Positions 24,675 to 31,675 of a stretch of DNA of 38,898 nt are shown piece by piece. The stretch is taken from positions 1-38,898 of IMG/VR virus record IMGVR_UViG_3300033067_002094; one strand, written 5' to 3'. The stretch is from a virus (Duplodnaviria; Caudoviricetes). Both the position numbers and the translations under genes were made by a program. The first letter of the stretch is position 1, and each line of letters starts with the position of its first letter. Below the pieces are notes generated by a model, which made no database searches, was not told the origin of the DNA, and saw only the letters and a list, made by a program, of their open reading frames with translations.

Positions 24675-24849
24675 GAAACCAGGATGGTTTGTCCTCAAGC
24701 GCAAGCAGGGGGAATCCTTCAAAATAGGCGATGGGATTGAGATCTGCGTCAAATCCATAGAAGGGAAATGGCTGAGTCTGGCTATCAGGACGGACCCTTT
24801 CCTGTATGTCTACCGCTGTGAGAAAATCGACGAGGAGAAGGAAAAATGA
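24661..24849 (+). CDS. csrA: CsrA/RsmA-family RNA-binding protein
   Basis: FVLKRKQGESFKIGDGIEICV...LSLAI...VYRCE aligns with the CsrA pattern [21 protein letters not shown]...VRIGV...VHREE. Confidence 0.8.
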   Translation: MEQHRKPGWFVLKRKQGESFKIGDGIEICVKSIEGKWLSLAIRTDPFLYVYRCEKIDEEKEK

Positions 24850-25013
24850 GGCTCTGTATCTTGCTTCTGATGCTATCTGGATGCGCTTCCGGGAAGATCT
24901 TGGTTAGGGATTGCAAAGACGGAAAGGTCGTCGTCAAGCAATGCAACAAGACAGGATCCAGCTCTGAAAAGGGCTGTGTCGCAGTGGATCAATTTGATAT
25001 GGGAGAATACTGA
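24846..25013 (+). CDS. 55-aa Cys-rich lipoprotein (not in the ORF track)
   Basis: MRLCILLLMLSG-CASGKILVRDCKD..., with lipobox LSGC and an ATGA overlap with csrA. Confidence 0.75.
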   Translation: MRLCILLLMLSGCASGKILVRDCKDGKVVVKQCNKTGSSSEKGCVAVDQFDMGEY

Positions 25014-25147
25014 TGCGGATGATTATAGGAATTGCCGTGTTCCTGAGTGTGGTCTGCTCTGGATGTGCTGGGCGCGTCCTGGTCAAGGACTGCAAGGACG
25101 TAAGTGACGGATCTGAAAAAGTCTGTAAACTGATAGGTCAATTCTAA
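25013..25147 (+). CDS. 44-aa Cys-rich lipoprotein, paralogue of the preceding gene (not in the ORF track)
   Basis: MRMIIGIAVFLSVVCSG-CAGRVLVKDCKD...SEKVCKLIGQF, with a TGATG overlap. Confidence 0.75.
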   Translation: MRMIIGIAVFLSVVCSGCAGRVLVKDCKDVSDGSEKVCKLIGQF

Positions 25148-25157
25148 GGAGAGAATC

Positions 25158-25406
25158 ATGGCTGAAAAAGACAAAAAGGAACTCAACTGGCTTCAAAAAT
25201 TGACTGGCCACACAAACTCAAAGTCGGTTGTGAAGGGTATGAGTGATGAAAAATCTAGGCAGGCCGCTGCTGAGAAGTATCAGAACCCCGAAAAATCTAA
25301 ACCGGTTTACGCTGGTCAAGACAACACAAATCCAGACACGATGACTGTGGATTCTGGATCTCTAAGAGATGGTTACACTCCGACCAAGATGAAAGAAGTC
25401 CAATAG
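25158..25406 (+). CDS. Hypothetical hydrophilic protein
   Basis: 82 aa with an SD (AAGGAG). Confidence 0.7.
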   Translation: MAEKDKKELNWLQKLTGHTNSKSVVKGMSDEKSRQAAAEKYQNPEKSKPVYAGQDNTNPDTMTVDSGSLRDGYTPTKMKEVQ

Positions 25407-25407
25407 C

Positions 25408-25623
25408 TCATTCGACCATGTTGAATGCTGCATAGAGTATTGTGGCGTAAAGTCCCTTTGCCCAGAAGATTACAATTTCTCCTTTTCCAATCGATTTGAT
25501 TCCAAGGAGCATCCAGAAGAGATCATTCGCAAAAGTAAACAGGAACTCAAATACTGGGTTTTTGTCTAGCGATTCCCAGATCAGTGCCCATATCGATCCT
25601 TTTTTTAAGATTCTCTGTAACAT
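25408..25623 (-). CDS. Small hydrophobic aromatic-rich protein, paralogue of 711-917
   Basis: Shares MLQRILKKGS, WMLLGI and IVIxWxKG with the 711-917 product. Confidence 0.85.
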   Translation of the reverse strand: MLQRILKKGSIWALIWESLDKNPVFEFLFTFANDLFWMLLGIKSIGKGEIVIFWAKGLYATILYAAFNMVE

Positions 25624-25640
25624 GTAAACATTGTCTCATG
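25610..25640. repeat. 31-bp exact inverted repeat, partner at 694-724
   Basis: ATTCTCTGTAACATGTAAACATTGTCTCATG. Confidence 0.95.
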
Positions 25641-25677
25641 GCTCGAACCCAGACATAATTGTGTCCGGTTCGACTCA
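25624..25677 (-). promoter_or_regulatory. Putative activator-dependent promoter, copy B
   Basis: Minus-strand TGAGTC-gaaccg-GACACA (25677-25660), then 21 nt, TG-a-GACAAT, 6 nt and the ATG. Confidence 0.55.
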
Positions 25678-25719
25678 GGTCTTTACAGACTCTTTTTCCT
25701 GAATACTCTCTTCAGGGTC

Positions 25720-26643
25720 ATGCATAAATCCAAGCTTCACGTCATCTCAGTGATCTCAAACCCAGTGAGATTCGCGTCCCGCTATGCCCTATACAAGCAG
25801 TTCCAACAGGAGATGCATGCTCAAGGGGTTACCCTTTACACCGGCGAGCTTGCCTTCGGAGATAGGCCTTTCGAGGTAACCAACCACTCCGATCAGAAAC
25901 ACCTTCGAGTCAGATCTTCCCATGAGATTTGGCACAAGGAGAATTTGATCAACCTGACCATGAGACTGCTTCCACAGGATTGGGAATATGTGGCTTGGAT
26001 TGATGCTGACATCTCTTTCCTGAACCCAAACTGGGCTCTTGAAACCATTCATGCCCTCCAGCACTACGCCATCGTTCAGCCATGGCAGACCGCTATCGAC
26101 CTGGGCCCTTCTCAGGAAGCCATGCAGACCCACCAGTCCTTTGGATTCTGCGTAATTGATGGTTCTGCGCTGAGCGTAAACTGGAAGCCCTATACCGTAT
26201 ATCCGCACACCGGATTCGCATGGGCAGCCTCAAGATACACGATCGACGCCCTCGGTGGCCTGATCGACAAAGCGATCTTGGGAGCTGGAGACCATCACAT
26301 GGCCTGGTCTCTCATCGGAAAGGGTAAGGACACCCTCCCCGGAGGAGCACATCCCAATTACATCAAGGACGTGCTTCGCTGGGAAGAGAGAGCCGAGAAG
26401 TACATCCGTCGTGATGTGGGGTTTGTCCCTGGAACCATCTTCCATCACTGGCATGGCAAGAAGAAGGATCGAAAGTACGTCGATCGATGGAAGATTCTGA
26501 TTGAGAATGACTTCGATCCAGAAGCAGATCTGAAAAGAGACTGGCAAGGACTCTATCAGCTCACAGATAGAAGCATCGGATTGAGAGACGGAATCAGGAA
26601 GTACTTCCGAGGCAGAAACGAAGACTCAACCGATATCGAATAG
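25720..26643 (+). CDS. GT-A-fold glycosyltransferase-like protein
   Basis: WHKENLINL, YVAWIDADI (DxD), GAGD and HHWHG motifs. Confidence 0.75.
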   Translation: MHKSKLHVISVISNPVRFASRYALYKQFQQEMHAQGVTLYTGELAFGDRPFEVTNHSDQKHLRVRSSHEIWHKENLINLTMRLLPQDWEYVAWIDADISFLNPNWALETIHALQHYAIVQPWQTAIDLGPSQEAMQTHQSFGFCVIDGSALSVNWKPYTVYPHTGFAWAASRYTIDALGGLIDKAILGAGDHHMAWSLIGKGKDTLPGGAHPNYIKDVLRWEERAEKYIRRDVGFVPGTIFHHWHGKKKDRKYVDRWKILIENDFDPEADLKRDWQGLYQLTDRSIGLRDGIRKYFRGRNEDSTDIE

Positions 26644-26651
26644 GGAACAAC

Positions 26652-27239
26652 ATGAAAAAACTATGGGCATGGATCAAGTCTATCTTCCACAAACAACCAG
26701 TTCAACCGGAACCCACTCCTGAACCAACACCAATCCCTCCAGCCCCGACGCCTATCCCGATGCCTGGAAAGGTTCCTCTAGTCGTCTGCAAGGAGTCTTC
26801 CTGGTTCAATGACTTCGATAAGCAGGTCTTGAAAGATGCTGTGGCTGGACTCAATCACATCTTCTCAACCAAGCAGTTCCAGACAGAACTCATGTCCAGG
26901 ACCTATACAGAGGACTTCGGAGAAGGTGGAGCAGGCATCTGGAAGCGAATGGTAGCAGGAGATCAGCTCTCTCCAGAAGATGACCTAGGTGAACTCGACT
27001 TCAAAATCGTGATGTACAACTCTCCCTGGTCAAGGGTTGTCGGCTATACCTACCTAGAGAGCATCGTGATCAACGTGAACAGGAAGTTCTTTGCGACTCC
27101 CTCTTCCGTTGCGTCGAACATCGCCCATGAGCTGATGCACACTCTTGGATACACTCACGACGATGGATTTGATGACTCAGTGCCCTATCAGATGAACGAA
27201 ATCATCGATGTGCTCTGGGAGCAGCTGAATCTTGGATAA
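26652..27239 (+). CDS. Zinc metalloprotease (HExxHxxGxxH) with a Pro-rich linker
   Basis: NIAHELMHTLGYTH...DSVPY, with an amphipathic N-terminus followed by a PEPTPEPTP linker. Confidence 0.8.
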   Translation: MKKLWAWIKSIFHKQPVQPEPTPEPTPIPPAPTPIPMPGKVPLVVCKESSWFNDFDKQVLKDAVAGLNHIFSTKQFQTELMSRTYTEDFGEGGAGIWKRMVAGDQLSPEDDLGELDFKIVMYNSPWSRVVGYTYLESIVINVNRKFFATPSSVASNIAHELMHTLGYTHDDGFDDSVPYQMNEIIDVLWEQLNLG

Positions 27240-27284
27240 AAAAAGGGCCTACTAGGGTCCACAAACCAAGCCTAGTAAGCCCTT
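27238..27284. terminator. Terminator between convergent blocks (U-tract on the minus strand)
   Basis: AAGGGC-C-TACTAGG...CCTAGTA-A-GCCCTT inverted repeat preceded by an A run. Confidence 0.7.
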
Positions 27285-27312
27285 ATCCTAATATGAGAGG
27301 GGAAGTCCTAGA

Positions 27313-27579
27313 TTAAGACTGGGTGTTCTCAGTCGTCTTTTTGGCCCAGCGCTTTTGAGCGGCCAAAGCCATTCTTTTTCTAGTCTCAGCAGACAAAGGC
27401 TTGCGACGATTTCTGGTTGTCTTCTTCGTATACTTCCGAGTCGTCGTCTTCTCGGTAGTCGTTTCCGTGTCAGGAAACAAAGTCGTCATTACCGCGTTCC
27501 AGTAGCGAGCCTCGCCATACCTTTTGTCAGAGATCGCAGTAACCATAGCCTTCGTAGCAAAATCAAACGTAACATGCAT
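27313..27579 (-). CDS. Basic DNA-binding-like protein with a NUMOD3-like/histone-like tail
   Basis: Start MHVTFDF (SD AAGGAG) and C-terminal LSAETRKRMALAAQKRWAKK. Confidence 0.65.
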   Translation of the reverse strand: MHVTFDFATKAMVTAISDKRYGEARYWNAVMTTLFPDTETTTEKTTTRKYTKKTTRNRRKPLSAETRKRMALAAQKRWAKKTTENTQS

Positions 27580-27619
27580 AAACACTCCTTTTGAGTATTT
27601 TGCATTACGAGACATGCTC

Positions 27620-27814
27620 TTACTTTGCAAGCTTCTTAGTAAAGCCCTTCTTATTGAGGAGAGAAGTATCTTTGAAATCCTCATCTCCTGAGAAGGCATC
27701 CCTGGGATTAGATGGCTTTATCTTCTTGCTCCCAGAGTCAGGAACGAAAGAAGACTGTTCAAAGCCATTCTTGAACACACCAGGCTTCCTGCCCTTGGTA
27801 GATCCAACCTTCAT
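27620..27814 (-). CDS. Hypothetical Lys-rich protein
   Basis: 64 aa with an ATGA overlap upstream. Confidence 0.6.
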   Translation of the reverse strand: MKVGSTKGRKPGVFKNGFEQSSFVPDSGSKKIKPSNPRDAFSGDEDFKDTSLLNKKGFTKKLAK

Positions 27815-27951
27815 TTCTTCTTCTTCACTTTCTCAGGCAACTTCTTGCCCTTAGAAGCTTTGTCGAACTCTTTCACAACCTTGGAGGAGATCTCTCCCTT
27901 TTTCTCCATGGCGTGAAACTTCTTCTGCTGTGCTTTGGACTTGTAAGGCAT
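27811..27951 (-). CDS. 46-aa Lys-rich protein of the common phage MP(F/Y)KSKAQ type (not in the ORF track)
   Basis: MPYKSKAQQKKFHAMEKKGEISSKVVKEFDKASKGKKLPEKVKKKK. Confidence 0.75.
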   Translation of the reverse strand: MPYKSKAQQKKFHAMEKKGEISSKVVKEFDKASKGKKLPEKVKKKK

Positions 27952-27974
27952 AGATCTAAGCTACAGAGCTTGTA

Positions 27975-28271
27975 TCAAAAGCCAAGCCTATTTTTCTCCC
28001 AGGTCTTGTCCAGGATCTCTTCAACCTTCGTTCGCCTGTCTCTGTTGTTCTCGCATGGAGCACATAGATTCGGGTTGATGTTCGCTCTGAACCCAGAAAG
28101 GCTGTAGCCACAGTCAGAACATCGGCTATCTAGAACCTTCTCTAGAGTCCTTCCAAGCTCTGCAGCAGCGTTTCTCAACTTAGAATCCCAAACGATCTTC
28201 ATGGCCTGGTGCCCCAAATCAACATCAGCAATCCCCCACAAAGTAACCCAATCAGGCATTGGAGAAGGCAT
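27975..28271 (-). CDS. Hypothetical zinc-finger protein
   Basis: CSDC...CAPC motifs. Confidence 0.6.
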   Translation of the reverse strand: MPSPMPDWVTLWGIADVDLGHQAMKIVWDSKLRNAAAELGRTLEKVLDSRCSDCGYSLSGFRANINPNLCAPCENNRDRRTKVEEILDKTWEKNRLGF

Positions 28272-28294
28272 ACAGCGTCAATACCAAACATAGC

Positions 28295-28663
28295 TTAGTC
28301 CTGGTGCGACTGTGCTTTATGGATCACGGCGTTACGGAATAGCTTGTGAACCGCGCTGAGGGCTTCCTTGTCCTGGTAGAGGTCAAAGAAGTAGTCCTTC
28401 CCGTTCGTGTTGAACATCCCATGCGTCGCCTTCACGTCCTTGGTCACGCACTCGAATAGCTGATGGCCGATCTTCCCTAGCGCCTCGATCATCCAATCCT
28501 CGCCTTTATGCAGGATCAGATTCAGGAGCGCCGCCTGCTTCTGGAACTCGTCGGGGTCATCGAAGGTGAAGTACATCTCGTTGACCGCGTGGAAGAGTTC
28601 GGCGAACTCATCCGACGTGCGGTCCATCTTCTTGATCTGAGCGGTTAGTAATTTAGCGTCCAT
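28295..28663 (-). CDS. Hypothetical protein
   Basis: 122-aa ORF, visibly more GC-rich at third positions than its neighbours. Confidence 0.7.
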   Translation of the reverse strand: MDAKLLTAQIKKMDRTSDEFAELFHAVNEMYFTFDDPDEFQKQAALLNLILHKGEDWMIEALGKIGHQLFECVTKDVKATHGMFNTNGKDYFFDLYQDKEALSAVHKLFRNAVIHKAQSHQD

Positions 28664-28686
28664 AATACAGTCTCAGCACGTATGAG

Positions 28687-29037
28687 TTAATACCCCAACC
28701 CCGTGGGGGATATTCTCATTTCTAGCCGGTCAAGCTTCTGCTCGATGCGTCTATCCACAGCTAGGGTTCCGAAAATCTGTCTGAGTTGGTTTGCCATGAT
28801 AACCACATCGGCAATCTCGTCAACAACGTCTACTACCGTGCCACCATAGCCTTGACGACACAGAGCGACAATGAGCTCTCCAAGTTCTTCTATGGCTTTC
28901 TGCTTTTGAGAGGCTTCACCAAAATGAGCAATGGCTTTGGAGCAGACGCGACTCATTCGAGAGCCAGCTAGATCTGAGCCAACACCAAACAGACCAGCCA
29001 TATTTCCGCCGATGAATACTTCTTTAGCCATACTCAC
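28687..29037 (-). CDS. MazG-like nucleotide pyrophosphohydrolase
   Basis: FG...Q..KAIEELGELIVAL...VVDEIADV...QL...IEQKLDRL (ExxE...ExxD). Confidence 0.82.
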   Translation of the reverse strand: MSMAKEVFIGGNMAGLFGVGSDLAGSRMSRVCSKAIAHFGEASQKQKAIEELGELIVALCRQGYGGTVVDVVDEIADVVIMANQLRQIFGTLAVDRRIEQKLDRLEMRISPTGLGY

Positions 29038-29441
29038 GCCTTTGAAAAGCCTTCTACGGCTCTTTTTTGTCTATCTTTGGTTCTATGTTCGAGCCAATGA
29101 AGTGCCTCGTCTAGCTTTGTGATGGCTATTGAATTCTCTCGACATGAAAACTGTTTGTTTAAACCTTCCAAAATGGTTTTGGCAGCTTCAATAATGGTAT
29201 CCACCTGGCATCCGTTGACGCCATTATCTTTCACTGGACCGTTCTGCAGCGTGAAAGAAAGCGAATTTACATCGTGTCGGACATACACAAAATTGTATGG
29301 GCGGACATCCTTTTCAAACCACTTGTAATCCATTGCTCCAGATTCATTGAACTTCTCTGGAAACATCCCTCTCAACTCATCCATGACAACCACATTAAAT
29401 CCACCAATCGATCCAATACCATTCAATGTCTCAAGTGCCAT
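29034..29441 (-). CDS. Tad1-like (Acb2/Tad1 hairpin family) anti-defence nucleotide sponge
   Basis: FTLQNGPVKDNGVNG...FSCRENSIAITKLDEALHWLEHRTKDRQKRAVEG resembles, from memory, the Tad1 C-terminal [34 protein letters not shown]. Confidence 0.75.
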   Translation of the reverse strand: MALETLNGIGSIGGFNVVVMDELRGMFPEKFNESGAMDYKWFEKDVRPYNFVYVRHDVNSLSFTLQNGPVKDNGVNGCQVDTIIEAAKTILEGLNKQFSCRENSIAITKLDEALHWLEHRTKDRQKRAVEGFSKA

Positions 29442-29454
29442 AATAGTCTACTTT

Positions 29455-29649
29455 CTATTTGTTATCGTAATGCTTCCAGCTGCCAGTATGTCTTGGAATA
29501 CGCTTTGGACGCATCTTATACTTAATTTCCCAAGCCTGCCAAGTCCTTCTGCATACTCCAAGTAAGTCTGAAGCCAGAGTTTTATTTCCCTTAGCCTTTT
29601 TCAAACATCTCAGCATCCATTTTTTATGCAGACGATCAATGAGCAGCAT
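29455..29649 (-). CDS. Stand-alone Fis-type HTH protein
   Basis: LRCLKKAKGNKTLASDLLGVCRRT matches the Fis/NtrC HTH pattern AL...GN...AA..LGI.R.T. Confidence 0.75.
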   Translation of the reverse strand: MLLIDRLHKKWMLRCLKKAKGNKTLASDLLGVCRRTWQAWEIKYKMRPKRIPRHTGSWKHYDNK

Positions 29650-29673
29650 CAGATGTTCCTATATTCTTCTAGG

Positions 29674-29805
29674 CTATTCAACTTCCTTGCAGTCCTTACA
29701 TATATAACATCCGGAATCGCTCGCCCAATCTATTGGATTGAAATGCAGCACCCACCGATGCTTCCCGCGAGAGCAGAAGAACAGGCGACGGAGGAGGCGG
29801 GTCAT
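29674..29805 (-). CDS. 43-aa C/H zinc-binding mini-protein (not in the ORF track)
   Basis: MTRLLRRLFFCSRGKHRW...CYICKDCKEVE, with an ATGA overlap. Confidence 0.6.
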   Translation of the reverse strand: MTRLLRRLFFCSRGKHRWVLHFNPIDWASDSGCYICKDCKEVE

Positions 29806-30407
29806 TCAAAAGACCTGGCCAAAGAGATCAGCAGATCCCTGAATTCCAATGGAGTCTCTTGACGCTGTCTCTTCGAAAGGAGCTGACATACTCCGGTTTT
29901 AATTATCCGCGCTCTCTCAGCCTTCGAGTGATAACCCTGATCCAATCTCTTCATTCCATTGCTGGGTCCCCACTTCAATTCTGGATAGTGAGGTAGCACA
30001 GCATAGAGCCAGGTCATCTTCCTGGCCTGGTGGCCATATTTCCCCTGAGCCACGCAACATGATCTGCCTCCAAAATGATCTGGCGCAGTCCATCCTCCAT
30101 GCCATTTTGGGATAGGCAGTCCAAACTTCTTGAATGCATAAGATGCCTCTGGATGTTCCAGCACTCCGCCTCTTGATCTCACCACGTCTAGCGCATGCTC
30201 GAAACAACCATTGTCATCTCCAAGTTTTCTCTTCACCTTGGCCGAGGGTCCACCGGACCAATATCTACCCCACCTCTCGCAGGGAGGGTGAGCGATTACC
30301 GGATAGGACTCTGTGTATTTCCTGGCATCTCTCTCTTCATCCCAAGGATCAACTCCTGGTAGGCCGAAATAGGGACCATCCTTCAGAACGTAAAGCGCTG
30401 CGATCAC
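29802..30407 (-). CDS. Compact DNA cytosine-methyltransferase-like protein
   Basis: VIAHPPC (motif IV-like), VLEHP (motif VI-like), GHQARKMTWLY and RQETPLEF. Confidence 0.6.
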   Translation of the reverse strand: MIAALYVLKDGPYFGLPGVDPWDEERDARKYTESYPVIAHPPCERWGRYWSGGPSAKVKRKLGDDNGCFEHALDVVRSRGGVLEHPEASYAFKKFGLPIPKWHGGWTAPDHFGGRSCCVAQGKYGHQARKMTWLYAVLPHYPELKWGPSNGMKRLDQGYHSKAERARIIKTGVCQLLSKRQRQETPLEFRDLLISLARSFE

Positions 30408-30674
30408 CTAAAACTTCTCCTTCGATCTCAGCGTTTTCATATCCTCTCCGATGCCTAGAACCTTGTCCTTGATCATCTCCAGCTCTCCGACTACGTCCCA
30501 CACGCGATCGTATAGGTCATCGATCTGGACCTGATCAGGCTTCAGGGATTCGAGAGCCCATTGTGCGCCAGCGAGGAAGTCTTTCTGGGAATAGTTTGGG
30601 AGAGAATCATATGCTCTAGTACCCGACCAGATCCTCTTCCTATATGCATCCGCTGCCTTTTCTAGTTCAGTCAT
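30408..30674 (-). CDS. Hypothetical protein
   Basis: 88 aa with a common phage FLAGAQWA motif. Confidence 0.65.
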   Translation of the reverse strand: MTELEKAADAYRKRIWSGTRAYDSLPNYSQKDFLAGAQWALESLKPDQVQIDDLYDRVWDVVGELEMIKDKVLGIGEDMKTLRSKEKF

Positions 30675-30973
30675 GAGAATCCCAGCAGGTTTCGATAACC
30701 TTTCTCGCTACAGCAAGTCATGTGGTGCTTCATTGGTTCTATCAGCACATATCCGGATGGCGTGACTATCGCGATCAGATCATCTAATCTTCTGTTCTTC
30801 TCTACTGGTGTCACCTGTAAAGAATCCCTTCGCATCTTTCGCCCGACTTTGACCTCTACCGAATAGGCGATGTTATTTTTTATTGCGAATAAATCTGGTC
30901 CATTAGCATTTTTATGCCTAGCAGGAAGAACGCTGAATCCCAGTCTGGCCAGCGTCTCAACAACCCGCTTCAT
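30671..30973 (-). CDS. PD-(D/E)XK nuclease (Hjc/restriction-endonuclease-like)
   Basis: LARLGFSV...GPDLFAIK...SVEVK. Confidence 0.75.
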   Translation of the reverse strand: MKRVVETLARLGFSVLPARHKNANGPDLFAIKNNIAYSVEVKVGRKMRRDSLQVTPVEKNRRLDDLIAIVTPSGYVLIEPMKHHMTCCSEKGYRNLLGFS

Positions 30974-31024
30974 ACACTTTCTTTCCCACCATACTCATAT
31001 TTACTCCTTTGTTTTCTAGTTCAG

Positions 31025-31219
31025 TCACGGCAACTTCCCCTCGTGCATTAGATAGTAGTCCTTCAAGATCTGGATCTGCTCGAGAGTCAGTCCCATGACA
31101 AGTATTTCCAGTGGCGGCAGACCCAAGTCTTTGAACGTAATCGGAGGCACTGGCTTATGATCCCCATCGCAACCATCACCGCCTGGCTTGACGCATCCAT
31201 AGGATTTGAAGTGACTCAC
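31025..31219 (-). CDS. Hypothetical protein
   Basis: 64 aa with a GTGA overlap upstream. Confidence 0.55.
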   Translation of the reverse strand: MSHFKSYGCVKPGGDGCDGDHKPVPPITFKDLGLPPLEILVMGLTLEQIQILKDYYLMHEGKLP

Positions 31220-31314
31220 TCTCTCAACCCCTCAAAGCACTGCACACAGATAAACTCCCCGTCCTTTGTCTTTACAAAAGAAGATGCATCTTCTCCGCAC
31301 CAGACGCAGGTCAC
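31216..31314 (-). CDS. 32-aa zinc-finger mini-protein (not in the ORF track)
   Basis: MTCVWCGEDASSFVKTKDGEFICVQCFEGLRE, with GTGA overlaps on both sides. Confidence 0.6.
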   Translation of the reverse strand: MTCVWCGEDASSFVKTKDGEFICVQCFEGLRE

Positions 31315-31478
31315 TCTTCTAGCCCCGCCAGAACAGATTCTATGCGCTCTAACCTTTTCTTTAGATCATCAATCTCGGCGAGCAGATCCACACACTCATC
31401 AAAGGTGAGTCTCGTGGACTCCACCCCGTCTTCTCTCATCCAATTTATATCTTCAGCGAGTCTCTCTGATGCTTTCAT
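31311..31478 (-). CDS. 55-aa coiled-coil protein (not in the ORF track)
   Basis: MKASERLAED...DLLAEIDDLKKRLERIESVLAGLEE, overlap-coupled. Confidence 0.6.
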   Translation of the reverse strand: MKASERLAEDINWMREDGVESTRLTFDECVDLLAEIDDLKKRLERIESVLAGLEE

Positions 31479-31675
31479 TTCTCATGCACCACAACGCCGC
31501 GATCGAATCGGCATCTTCCCTGCGCAGACTGAAGCTTCTTCCATAGCTTTTGAAACAACGCATTTCCAATATGATCTAGAACCGATGGGCTACAGGCATC
31601 AATTGACCAGGATAGGTCAGCTTTGCTGATGGTCACTGTGTCTATTTTATTCTGTTTCTTTGGCTTTGGCTTCAT
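31475..31675 (-). CDS. Hypothetical protein
   Basis: Likely start MKPKPKK, in the overlap-coupled operon. Confidence 0.5.
   Translation of the reverse strand: MKPKPKKQNKIDTVTISKADLSWSIDACSPSVLDHIGNALFQKLWKKLQSAQGRCRFDRGVVVHEK

Noticed and set aside
694-25640. 31-bp inverted repeats as ends of an invertible 25-kb segment or transposon
   Set aside because: No recombinase or transposase was recognised, and the identity is explained by the shared promoter and start of two paralogous genes. Rare inversion by ERF-mediated recombination is not excluded.
25661-25680. GGTTCGACTC as the T-arm of a second tRNA
   Set aside because: The stem is mismatched, there is no acceptor or anticodon arm, and the motif is absent from the paralogous copy.
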